From Pirellulales bacterium (GTDB lineage Bacteria; Planctomycetota; Planctomycetia; Pirellulales; UBA1268), in the NCBI GenBank assembly GCA_028066355.1, contig JALCBP010000008.1, positions 596-64,595 on the forward strand: a stretch of DNA of 64,000 bases, written 5' to 3'. Made by a program: the position numbers and the translations under genes. Below the pieces are notes generated by a model. The model saw only the letters and a list, made by a program, of their open reading frames with translations, made no database searches and was not told the origin of the DNA. This document shows positions 56,160 through 64,000 of the stretch, piece by piece. The first letter of the stretch is position 1. The number at the start of each line of letters is the position of its first letter.

Positions 56160-56438
56160 TACATTGACCTGACTGCAAAAGTGGGGAAACAGAAACGATT
56201 ACGCGAAGTGTAACGATTTTAGTGGCTGGAACTCCACAGCAGCCTCGATGAATAACTCCGGGGTTCCAGCCAATTCCATGCTCATATGCTGAAAATTGTT
56301 GTGTTTCCCGCTGTTTCTTGGGTTTCAACAGATTGTAGTTGCCTGATTCTCGGGAGGAGCAGTTCAATGGTATTCCACAATCAGACGTTCATTTCATTGA
56401 TCTTCATCACTGCCTAGATTTAGGACCACAATTTACCA

Positions 56439-57329
56439 ATGCCGACACGTATTTATTCTCAAACGCTCATCGCCGCCATAATGTTTCTTTCATTCATGGT
56501 GAAAGGGGAGTGTGTCACTGCTGAAAATCGGAACACGCCGTCTCATGCCTCGTGGCGTCAGAAGATCATTGATGTGTCGAACTACACGGACGCTACGAGA
56601 ATTGCTGCAAAAACATCATCAATGCTTCTGCTATCAACTTGTTTCAAAAATACAACTGTTGGTGATGATGAAGTGACTCAACAACTTCAAAAGCCCTACA
56701 TCCGAAAGTTTTTTGCTGATTCGGATACTCCTTGGGTTTTTTGTCAACTTGATTATGACGAATGTTCGAAACTACCGATTCCATCAATGTCTATGGATGC
56801 AATTCGTGGAGGACCTGGCATATTCGTGTTTGACTATGCTCACGAACCACTCAAAGGCCAAGTAGTTTCAGTCTTACCCAGGAAAGGTGGAAAATACTAT
56901 CGATTTGTTCAACAAGATCTGTGTTTGCTTGCTGGTTTACCAGCTGGTTCATTAACTCAACGATCAATGATTTTCGCAGTGCGGCGACATGCCGACGCTG
57001 CGAAAAGTGCGGACGGACATTGCGATAGCATGCTGTGTGACGCAGCAAATGCCCATTCCGCTCATCAAGCCCGACTACAAAACCAAGGTCATCATGGCTG
57101 GGGAAAACGCTCACAACAACTTAGCCAACGCTATGGATCTGCATCGGAAGTCTGTGCAGAAAGTTGGCCAGACCAGGACCTGCTTGATTCCTGCATAGAC
57201 TGCGTTTCCTGCTGGCGACAATCACCCGGGCATTGGCGGGCAATCTCATCCGAGCACTCTGCATTCGGCTATGATATCCAAAAAGGAAAAAATAGTGTTT
57301 GGTATGCGACAGGTATCTTTATTCACTGA
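56439..57329 (+). CDS. Secreted protein with C-terminal CAP/SCP (PR-1-like) domain
   Basis: Signal peptide. C-terminal ...AANAHSAHQARLQNQGHHGW...CWRQSPGHWRAISSEHSAFGYD...WYATGIF resembles bacterial CAP domains. Confidence 0.6.
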   Translation: MPTRIYSQTLIAAIMFLSFMVKGECVTAENRNTPSHASWRQKIIDVSNYTDATRIAAKTSSMLLLSTCFKNTTVGDDEVTQQLQKPYIRKFFADSDTPWVFCQLDYDECSKLPIPSMSMDAIRGGPGIFVFDYAHEPLKGQVVSVLPRKGGKYYRFVQQDLCLLAGLPAGSLTQRSMIFAVRRHADAAKSADGHCDSMLCDAANAHSAHQARLQNQGHHGWGKRSQQLSQRYGSASEVCAESWPDQDLLDSCIDCVSCWRQSPGHWRAISSEHSAFGYDIQKGKNSVWYATGIFIH

Positions 57330-57624
57330 TTCCTGAAACCGGAATAGTGAATAATTTCCCGTCACCTATTCTGCCTGTTCGCGCAACCTGACTTACCTTG
57401 TCAATAAAGTTGTCGATTTGAGAGTCTTCAACCCAGCACTGAATTTCAACTTTTGGGAGAAACGCGAGTGATCGATCCTGTTCAGTCGTCGCATCAAGAT
57501 AACTTTTCTGACGCCCGTACCCTTTCACCTCATGCACGGCCAAAGCATCTACTTCCAGTTCAGCTACAGCTTCAAGAACGCGCTCCGCAAGAAATGGTTT
57601 CACGATGATAACAACCTGTTTCAT
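57319..57624 (-). CDS. P-II family signal-transduction protein (short C-terminus)
   Basis: MKQVVIIVKPF, T-loop base GYGRQK, FLPKVEI, B-loop TGRIGDGKLF. Aligns by eye with GlnB over its whole length. Confidence 0.8.
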   Translation of the reverse strand: MKQVVIIVKPFLAERVLEAVAELEVDALAVHEVKGYGRQKSYLDATTEQDRSLAFLPKVEIQCWVEDSQIDNFIDKVSQVARTGRIGDGKLFTIPVSGISE

Positions 57625-57756
57625 GAGAGCACCCGCTATAAACAAAGCCTCCTGTCAATTCTTCAGCAGTTGTAACCGAAACCAAATCGAATAGGAAAAT
57701 CGTTTTCCTTTTCCTGACAGGCCTTTTACCTCGTGAACAGTTCAGTTCCCTAGGAT

Positions 57757-58011
57757 TCAGCCCCATAATTCTTGTAGTAGTTTCGCCAGTTGCTGTGCAT
57801 CGTCCGAAGCCACAACCCGATTTATTCTTGACTTGGGAACCTCAAGTTTCTCCAGTGATTTTTCGATAGATGCCCAGATTTTAGATCGTTTTTTACCCTC
57901 AGCGAGATAAAGGTCGGTCACCTGCTCACCAAGTCGCTGCACAAGTGCTGTATCGAGGTTTTCATAGTAGTTTTTGACGATTTGACGCTGATATCGTGAT
58001 AATTCAGCCAT
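57757..58011 (-). CDS. Small hypothetical helical protein (84 aa)
   Basis: Clean ORF with ATG start and charged helical composition. Lies upstream of the P-II-like gene on the same strand. Confidence 0.5.
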   Translation of the reverse strand: MAELSRYQRQIVKNYYENLDTALVQRLGEQVTDLYLAEGKKRSKIWASIEKSLEKLEVPKSRINRVVASDDAQQLAKLLQELWG

Positions 58012-58109
58012 TCATCCATTCCTCCGGGATTAGCTTGACCGCGCTGGAAGCAAACGGCTCAGATGACTACATTATCGGGAAACAAAGGCCTTCCTATCGA
58101 GAGAATCCT

Positions 58110-58457
58110 ATGCCAACAATTACCTTTGCCACAGAGAAAAAAGAAATTCAAGTTCCAGAAGGTGCCAACCTTCGTAAAGAGGCACTCGCTGCAGGAGTCT
58201 CGCTGTACCCTGGAGTTCATAAAGTCCTTAATTGTCACGGCATGGGATCTTGTGGCAGCTGCCGAGTGCTAATCACGAAAGGGATGGAAAACACAAGCCC
58301 AAGAGGACTTCTCGAAAAGGCCCGCATGGGTGTGTCTATGGCTTACATTGGGAACGAAGAGACCATGCGGCTTGCATGTCAAACACGAGTCAATGGCGAT
58401 ATCACTGTCACCACCTGTCCGCCAACAAACCTTTATGGTGAGAACTTCTTTAGTTGA
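58110..58457 (+). CDS. 2Fe-2S ferredoxin-like protein
   Basis: ATG at 58110 (MPTITFATEKKEIQVPEGANL). Cys pattern C-x5-C-x2-C (NCHGMGSCGSC) plus a distal Cys (LACQT). Confidence 0.75.
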   Translation: MPTITFATEKKEIQVPEGANLRKEALAAGVSLYPGVHKVLNCHGMGSCGSCRVLITKGMENTSPRGLLEKARMGVSMAYIGNEETMRLACQTRVNGDITVTTCPPTNLYGENFFS

Positions 58458-58568
58458 ATTGGCACACCAGAATGGCGTGATTAACTTGCGGCACGGCCAA
58501 CAGTTGCAGTAATCGCCAGAGAAGTTCATCCTGTGGTTACATTTCATTCGTTGCACAAAGGTACATTC

Positions 58569-59483
58569 ATGGCATCCGATCAATCAGCAGCACAAACTAC
58601 GCCTTCACTGGATAGCCTTCAGTGGCAGAAATTTCCGGTCCTTGATGATGGATTTGTGACTTTGGTTGACGTGATGGGCAATGATTCTTCTATCGTGCAA
58701 GCCGCAAGAGTAAGTTATGGTGAGGGCACAAGAAAAGTCAGTGATGATCGGCAACTGATCCGTTATCTCCTAAGGCATGCTCACACAACACCTTTTGAGA
58801 TGGCCGAGGTAAAATTTCTTGTACGGGTGCCAATGGATTGCTGGCGACAGTGGGTTCGGCATCGAACAGCAAACATCAACGAGTATTCAACCCGATATTC
58901 CCTCGCAATCGATTCGATGCAAGCGACAGGGAACGATGGCTGGAGAAGCCAGGCATCGACGAACCGACAGGGATCGGATGGATTTCTTGCGAACAATGAC
59001 GGACATCCTCTTACTCAATCTGAGCAAGAGCTACAGAGTCTTGCTCGTCGTGTTTACGAGGAACGGCTGCAAGCTGGTATAGCCCGTGAGCAAGCACGTA
59101 AAGATTTACCGCTGTCAACATACACGGAAGCTTACTGGAAAATAGATCTGCACAATCTCCTGCATTTCCTTGCACTACGAATGGATAGTCACGCTCAACT
59201 TGAGATTCGACAGTACGCAGAAACTATTGGAAATAAAATCGTTGCAAAACTATTCCCTCTTTGCTGGGAAGCATTCCTAGACTATCGAGTGGATGCGATG
59301 CGACTCACTCGTCTTGATCGCGGTGTTATACAGAGATTGGCATCAGGTGCTAAAACGTTACCAGCGTCTGCTGAAGACTTCCATGCCGCGCAAGATAAAT
59401 CGTGGGTTTCTCTGGAGCGATGTCGGGAGAGGGATGAGTGTTTCGCAAAGCTTGCATCACTCGGACTCGTGATAGAACCGTGA
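58569..59483 (+). CDS. thyX: FAD-dependent thymidylate synthase
   Basis: ThyX signature RHRTANINEYSTRYS, plus HTTPFE and YWKIDLHNLLHFLALR. ATG at 58569. Confidence 0.92.
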   Translation: MASDQSAAQTTPSLDSLQWQKFPVLDDGFVTLVDVMGNDSSIVQAARVSYGEGTRKVSDDRQLIRYLLRHAHTTPFEMAEVKFLVRVPMDCWRQWVRHRTANINEYSTRYSLAIDSMQATGNDGWRSQASTNRQGSDGFLANNDGHPLTQSEQELQSLARRVYEERLQAGIAREQARKDLPLSTYTEAYWKIDLHNLLHFLALRMDSHAQLEIRQYAETIGNKIVAKLFPLCWEAFLDYRVDAMRLTRLDRGVIQRLASGAKTLPASAEDFHAAQDKSWVSLERCRERDECFAKLASLGLVIEP

Positions 59484-60731
59484 ATCAAGGGGAATAACTT
59501 GTACCGAGTCACCTTCTCGATAGTCCCCACAATTCTTTGGCAATACAAGAAGCCCATTGGCCCGTGAAAACCCAAGTAAGTCAGCCGACCCACCCCACTG
59601 CAACGCTTCGACAAAAAGGCAATTGTCGAACAACTTAAGGTTGCAGGGATGATATACGGGGCGATCACCGGCACCCTTTACCGAGCCAACTAACTTGGCC
59701 ATGCGGTGAGAACCACTCTGCATTTCGAGCGACTGGCCTGATACAAATTTCAGGGTCGGCCGAACGAAAAGTTCGAAACAAACCAAAGCGCTCACAGGAT
59801 TTCCGGGAAGACCAAAAACAAGTGTTGGTGAAGCTGCTGGTCGTTTAAAAATTCCAAACCAGATTGGCTTTCCTGGTTTCAAACAAACTTTATGAAAAAC
59901 ACACTCGACGCCGATCTTTTCAAGTGTTTTCGGCACGAGGTCATAATCTCCAGCAGACACACCACCCGAAACCAGAAGGATATCAGCCGCAACACCTTGA
60001 GCCATTAATGCCCTCAATGCCTCTGCATTATCTTTAGCTATACCCATCGGAATCGGCTCTGCTCCGCAACGTGCTACAGCAGCGGAAAGCATTGGTTCAT
60101 TCGTGTTTCGAATTTGCCCTTTCCCGAGGATTTGGCCATCCGCAATGAGTTCATTTCCAGTCGTAATAATTGAAACGCAAGGAGGTGCGCTGGCTATTAC
60201 ATGGGAACTTCCCGCCTCAGCCGCCAGCCCGACATGAACTGCCTCTAGCTCAATGCCACTTTTGATAACTGTCTGCCCGGCATGAAAAAAACTCGCCTTT
60301 TTGCTTACGTGCTGTCCAAGCCGGAAGTTAGGTTCATGTAGACAAACCTGCTCACCAGCGTGACCACCTGAACTTCCTGTGACAACTCGCTCGATTGGAA
60401 TCACAGCATCTGCTCCTGCAGGCATCGGAGCCCCTGTCATAATCCGAACACACTGCCCTCGTTTGAGTATTATCGGCTTTGCTTCACCAGCAGCAATTTC
60501 ACCAACGACCTCAAGTGTTACACCTGTTTTCTCATCTACAACACGAGCGAAGTCATTCGAAATAACTGCAAATCCATCCATCATCGAGCGATGCCATGGT
60601 GGTGAATCTGCATCAGAAATCACATCTTCTTGTAATTTTAGCCCGACAGATTTTTCAATTCGAACACGACGTGGCGGGAGAACAATAGCTGACTCTTCTA
60701 TTCGTCGCAGCGCTTCTACGACATCAATCAT
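59457..60731 (-). CDS. moeA: Molybdopterin molybdenumtransferase
   Basis: PPWHRSMMDGFAV, TGAPMPAGADAV, TTGNEL, VSGGVSAGDYD, PGKP, GLPGNPVS. Confidence 0.92.
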   Translation of the reverse strand: MIDVVEALRRIEESAIVLPPRRVRIEKSVGLKLQEDVISDADSPPWHRSMMDGFAVISNDFARVVDEKTGVTLEVVGEIAAGEAKPIILKRGQCVRIMTGAPMPAGADAVIPIERVVTGSSGGHAGEQVCLHEPNFRLGQHVSKKASFFHAGQTVIKSGIELEAVHVGLAAEAGSSHVIASAPPCVSIITTGNELIADGQILGKGQIRNTNEPMLSAAVARCGAEPIPMGIAKDNAEALRALMAQGVAADILLVSGGVSAGDYDLVPKTLEKIGVECVFHKVCLKPGKPIWFGIFKRPAASPTLVFGLPGNPVSALVCFELFVRPTLKFVSGQSLEMQSGSHRMAKLVGSVKGAGDRPVYHPCNLKLFDNCLFVEALQWGGSADLLGFSRANGLLVLPKNCGDYREGDSVQVIPLDSRFYHESE

Positions 60732-61330
60732 GAGACTAAACCACCGTTTGTGGTCCCAAGGAAAGACTGCAGTATTGCATGACCGTTGGCTGTGAGAAAA
60801 CTTTCTGGATGAAATTGCACACCATAAACGGGCATCTCACGGTGACGAATAGCCATGATTTCTTTACTTCCATCGGGTGCAAAAGCCCAGGCATCCACCT
60901 CAAAAACATTTGGCACTGATGCCGGGTCGATCACCAGACTGTGGTACCGAGTAGCTTCTATTGGTGAAGAAAGCCCGGTAAAGAGCCCCCTGCCGGTATG
61001 CTCGATCTGATCAACTTTGCCATGCATCAGTTGCTTCGCTGCCACAATCTTCCCACCAAAAACTTGACCAACAGCCTGGTGGCCGAGGCAGACTCCGAGA
61101 ATCGGCATGCGGCCGGCGAAACGGCGCACAACATCACACGAGATACCAGCTTTGTCTGGATTACATGGACCAGGTGAAATGAGCAGGTGACTAGGCTGCT
61201 TTGCAGCTATTGTATCACCATCGATGCAATCATTCCGATGGACCTCAACTCTCATGCGTGGCTCTATTTCACCAAGCCTTTGAACGAGATTCCATGTAAA
61301 TGAATCGTAGTTATCAATAAGAAGTATCAT
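60728..61330 (-). CDS. trpG: Anthranilate/aminodeoxychorismate synthase glutamine amidotransferase component
   Basis: ILLIDNYDSFTWNLVQ, SPGPCNP, PILGVCLGHQ, VQFHPES. I cannot separate TrpG from PabA by eye. Confidence 0.85.
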   Translation of the reverse strand: MILLIDNYDSFTWNLVQRLGEIEPRMRVEVHRNDCIDGDTIAAKQPSHLLISPGPCNPDKAGISCDVVRRFAGRMPILGVCLGHQAVGQVFGGKIVAAKQLMHGKVDQIEHTGRGLFTGLSSPIEATRYHSLVIDPASVPNVFEVDAWAFAPDGSKEIMAIRHREMPVYGVQFHPESFLTANGHAILQSFLGTTNGGLVS

Positions 61331-61360
61331 AAAAATACGTTTATTTATAAAAACCCCAGG

Positions 61361-61648
61361 TTAATCCAAGAGCATCACCGGATGACCAACACGCTCAACC
61401 AGAGGAATCACTTGGGGCTTGTAAATTGTTGTGTACGCTTCAGCCTGTCGATGAGCATCGAGAGCCTCTTGAGAAGACCAGTGTTCGATCATCGTAAATT
61501 CGTTGGGATTTGATTGCGATTGATAGACATCGAATCGCTCACAACCTGGCTCATTCCTACTCTTTCTCATAGCTTCACAGAGTAAGTCACGAACAACCTC
61601 AATCTTATGATCTTCTTGTACGGTGAGAATAATGTTCATACAAATCAT
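61361..61648 (-). CDS. ABM (antibiotic biosynthesis monooxygenase) domain protein
   Basis: About 95 aa with NEPGCERFDVYQSQSNPNEFTMIEHWSSQEALDAH. The start may be the ATG at 61639. Confidence 0.75.
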   Translation of the reverse strand: MICMNIILTVQEDHKIEVVRDLLCEAMRKSRNEPGCERFDVYQSQSNPNEFTMIEHWSSQEALDAHRQAEAYTTIYKPQVIPLVERVGHPVMLLD

Positions 61649-61694
61649 GCGCTTCTATCCTTAATCCTGTACAACCTAAAGCCTGCCCAACAAT

Positions 61695-62543
61695 CTACTG
61701 TACCACGACAGGTTGCAACGTTGCTCTCTGTCCATATTTCCTGGCGAGGATCCTTATATACGGTGGAAGAAAAGCGGCCCGATGGGTAAATGAGCCACGA
61801 ACCGCCTCTTGATCACCTTCATTTGGCTCAAAAAAGTCTTCGATGGAAAATCCCGCGCGGCATATTCCACCGAGAATATCTGTTAAAGAGTGAACAAATT
61901 CATCCGTTCCAGCCTCTCTCAAACGAGATGGTGGTGCCGGTGGCAGTGCTCCTGAGTTATCCGCTGATTGGCACTCTGGAAAAAGCAATTCATATCGGCC
62001 ATTTAAATTCGGTTGCAATGATGACTGTAAACTTCTCGGAGATTTATGCTGACTCATGTACAAGCCACCCGGACGACAAACACGCACGATTTCGGAGAAA
62101 ACTTGCTTGAGAGTAGGTAGGTAGCAACTACTCACTGGATGAATAACGAGATCAAAATAATCATTTTTCAACATCGTAAGTTCATCCATTGAACTCTGTA
62201 TCAGTTCTAGATGAAGTTTCCGCTCCCTCGCAACCTGTCGATCGAGATCAAGCATTGACGCTGACAGATCGACGACTGTTACGCTCGCGCCAGCAGCAGC
62301 ATAAATGGGCCCATGCTTCCCTCCACCTGCGGCAAGGCAAAGAACCTCCAGTCCCCTCAGGCTAGAAGGGAGCCATGGACGATCGGCAGGACCACCCGTG
62401 CCAAGCCAGTTTCTTGGATCAGTGAATGCCTCATCACAGGCAGGACTTGCCAAAGCGTCATGAGCTTTAGCGAGCCGATCCCATGCGGCTGCATTTTTAA
62501 GCAGTGTTACTTTCGAAACGGAAGAATCAGAACCGTTTTCCAT
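61695..62543 (-). CDS. Class I SAM-dependent methyltransferase
   Basis: Motif I VLCLAAGGG, post-I VTVVDLS, then FDLVIHP and RPGGLY. Confidence 0.8.
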   Translation of the reverse strand: MENGSDSSVSKVTLLKNAAAWDRLAKAHDALASPACDEAFTDPRNWLGTGGPADRPWLPSSLRGLEVLCLAAGGGKHGPIYAAAGASVTVVDLSASMLDLDRQVARERKLHLELIQSSMDELTMLKNDYFDLVIHPVSSCYLPTLKQVFSEIVRVCRPGGLYMSQHKSPRSLQSSLQPNLNGRYELLFPECQSADNSGALPPAPPSRLREAGTDEFVHSLTDILGGICRAGFSIEDFFEPNEGDQEAVRGSFTHRAAFLPPYIRILARKYGQRATLQPVVVQ

Positions 62544-62551
62544 AGAAAAAT

Positions 62552-62863
62552 CTATTCACGTGGGACTGTTTGAAGTAGTCCCATTTGTCTCATTTCCGCA
62601 AGCGGCGGCCCTGGCCGCCACTTATTCCGACGACGGTCATAGATTGCTGGAACAAGTGTCTGACGACCAGTTTCAGGATGCTCAAAACATTCTCCAGCAA
62701 GTGGAAGCTCGAAAACTTTACCACTCTCTTTACAAATGTAGTGAATAACAATCTCATCATCGCTGTCAACGGCTGGGGGTCTTCTTGCAAACACGGACGG
62801 ATAGATAAGCCACGAAGCGATTCCTAGTCCCACTATCGCCACCCATAGACGTTTATCTTTCAT
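62552..62863 (-). CDS. Small membrane-anchored hypothetical protein
   Basis: Single N-terminal TM (LWVAIVGLGIASWLIY). Lies 24 nt downstream of the pseudopilin gene. Confidence 0.5.
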   Translation of the reverse strand: MKDKRLWVAIVGLGIASWLIYPSVFARRPPAVDSDDEIVIHYICKESGKVFELPLAGECFEHPETGRQTLVPAIYDRRRNKWRPGPPLAEMRQMGLLQTVPRE

Positions 62864-62887
62864 AAGAAATCCTCCTCGAGTGCACGG

Positions 62888-63757
62888 TTAGTTTCGATCC
62901 CACAACGCATCTACTTCTGCGGCATCTGCGGGATCTCCATTGCAGATGACCCCAATATTATGGAATTCCATCTGAGCCACTTGACCATCGCTCGTCCACG
63001 GTCCTTTTCGGAACTTTCGGCTGAAGCCTTCAACATGTCCGTCAACAAAGACTGCATTGGCAAACCCACCTCCATGACGAAAGTGAACGACTGGGTCAGT
63101 TGTCGAGGGTTTACTAAACCCACCAAGCTGTTCTCTCAGGCCATACGGTGCTGCAAAATAAATCATAGCGGTCTCTGCAAATGCAATTGTCCGAGAGGTC
63201 TCAGGGACATCTTTGATTCGATATGTCTTATCTTGATACGGGCCGCCCGGCTCGGACCCGTAATAGTTTCCTGAGCCAGGACCAAGTTGGGAGTTATACC
63301 CAAATGCTGTTGCTATACGATCACCAAACTTCACTTCTTCAAGCATAGATTCTGAAAAGTTCGGGCACTGTAAAACGGAAGCGTTCGATTCAAAAAATGG
63401 CTGCAGTGGACCAGCTTTTACGTCGAGCGTGCCATTGGGTTCAGTCCGGTAATCAACTTCACCAAACCAAAAAAGGGCTTTGCCTCCTGGAGTCCAACTC
63501 CCACCCACTGAATTTTGATAACGTTCATCATCATCAATCTTTTGGCAGGGGAATCTTCCGCTATTCGCAGACATATAACTATGCATTGCTACGCCTAACT
63601 GCCGCACGTTGCTTGAACAACTTATGCGTCGGGCTGACTCACGAGCTTGCTGTACTGCGGGCAGCAATAAACCGACGAGAACCCCGATAATTGCTATGAC
63701 GACAAGCAATTCAATTAGCGTGAAGCCTACTTTGTCTTTACCACGTTTCGGTACCAT
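62888..63757 (-). CDS. DUF1559-type pseudopilin with prepilin N-terminal cleavage/methylation motif
   Basis: [37 protein letters not shown] and C-terminal [18 protein letters not shown]. Alternative starts at 63778 and 63811. Confidence 0.85.
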   Translation of the reverse strand: MVPKRGKDKVGFTLIELLVVIAIIGVLVGLLLPAVQQARESARRISCSSNVRQLGVAMHSYMSANSGRFPCQKIDDDERYQNSVGGSWTPGGKALFWFGEVDYRTEPNGTLDVKAGPLQPFFESNASVLQCPNFSESMLEEVKFGDRIATAFGYNSQLGPGSGNYYGSEPGGPYQDKTYRIKDVPETSRTIAFAETAMIYFAAPYGLREQLGGFSKPSTTDPVVHFRHGGGFANAVFVDGHVEGFSRKFRKGPWTSDGQVAQMEFHNIGVICNGDPADAAEVDALWDRN

Positions 63758-64000
63758 CACGGTACTTTGAGTAGGCATATTTTCTCTATCGATGAAACTA
63801 TTTTGAATCATAGCATCTCCCTATCGATCACAGCAGAATGCATCCACTGTGACCATAACTTTTAATAATCTGTCTACAGACCACTCGCGCGGCATGTGCT
63901 CGTGAAACCGCCCTCGCAGTCACACTCGCTCTCAATGCGTATTGGTAGGTCTTCTGACTCTCAGACGTGCTTGGACAACACCTTCTCGCAATCAAGCTTG

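Noticed and set aside
63831-64000. Partial ORFs running off the right edge of the window (minus frame ending at 63828; plus frame from the ATG at 63935)
   Set aside because: I translated both by hand. They are short, Ala/Arg- or Ser-rich and motif-free, which is insufficient to call a gene.
1-64000. CRISPR arrays, rRNA/tRNA genes, IS elements, integrases, prophage or defence-system genes
   Set aside because: I looked through all spacers of about 200 nt or more and all ORF translations. I found no regularly spaced repeats, no tRNA-like T-arm sequences, and no transposase, integrase, nuclease or ATPase defence signatures. tRNAscan and Rfam scans would be needed to exclude small RNAs formally.

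Overview
The window is a gene-dense chromosomal segment (about 58 supported CDS on both strands) that looks like a member of the Planctomycetota. The evidence for that assignment is a DUF1559 pseudopilin with a prepilin-type [18 protein letters not shown]-terminus, five secreted PQQ-like beta-propeller proteins, a formylglycine-type sulfatase, HEAT-repeat secreted proteins, and amino-acid and purine biosynthesis genes that are scattered rather than grouped into pathway operons.

Confidently recognised housekeeping genes are tyrA, a PurS-PurS-PurL fusion, purQ, rpoD, cysC, ygiQ, trpC, purH, a KtrAB/TrkAH-type K+ uptake pair, smpB, thyX, moeA and trpG.

Accessory-looking content:
- A small glycan-degradation cluster at the left edge (AraC, GH16, cupin, sulfatase, esterase).
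- A SulP-STAS transporter fused to a beta-carbonic-anhydrase-like domain whose first zinc-ligand Cys is Gly.
- An orphan GspF-like platform protein paired with a HEAT-repeat protein.
- A lipoprotein plus a SAF/CpaB-like protein with a very long disordered tail.
- A tandem array of four secreted PQQ-like propeller paralogues followed by an SGNH hydrolase.
- A C-terminally short, orphan P-II-like protein.

I found no rRNA, tRNA, tmRNA, CRISPR array, transposase, integrase or prophage genes. All functional calls come from motif and pattern recognition on the supplied translations. No database search was run, so family names are my reading of the motifs and start codons are approximate. No single textbook novel system stands out. 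The best candidates for follow-up are the propeller/SGNH array, the SulP/pseudo-carbonic-anhydrase fusion, the lipoprotein plus SAF pair, the GspF-HEAT pair, and the structured ORF-poor region at 10.5-10.95 kb.
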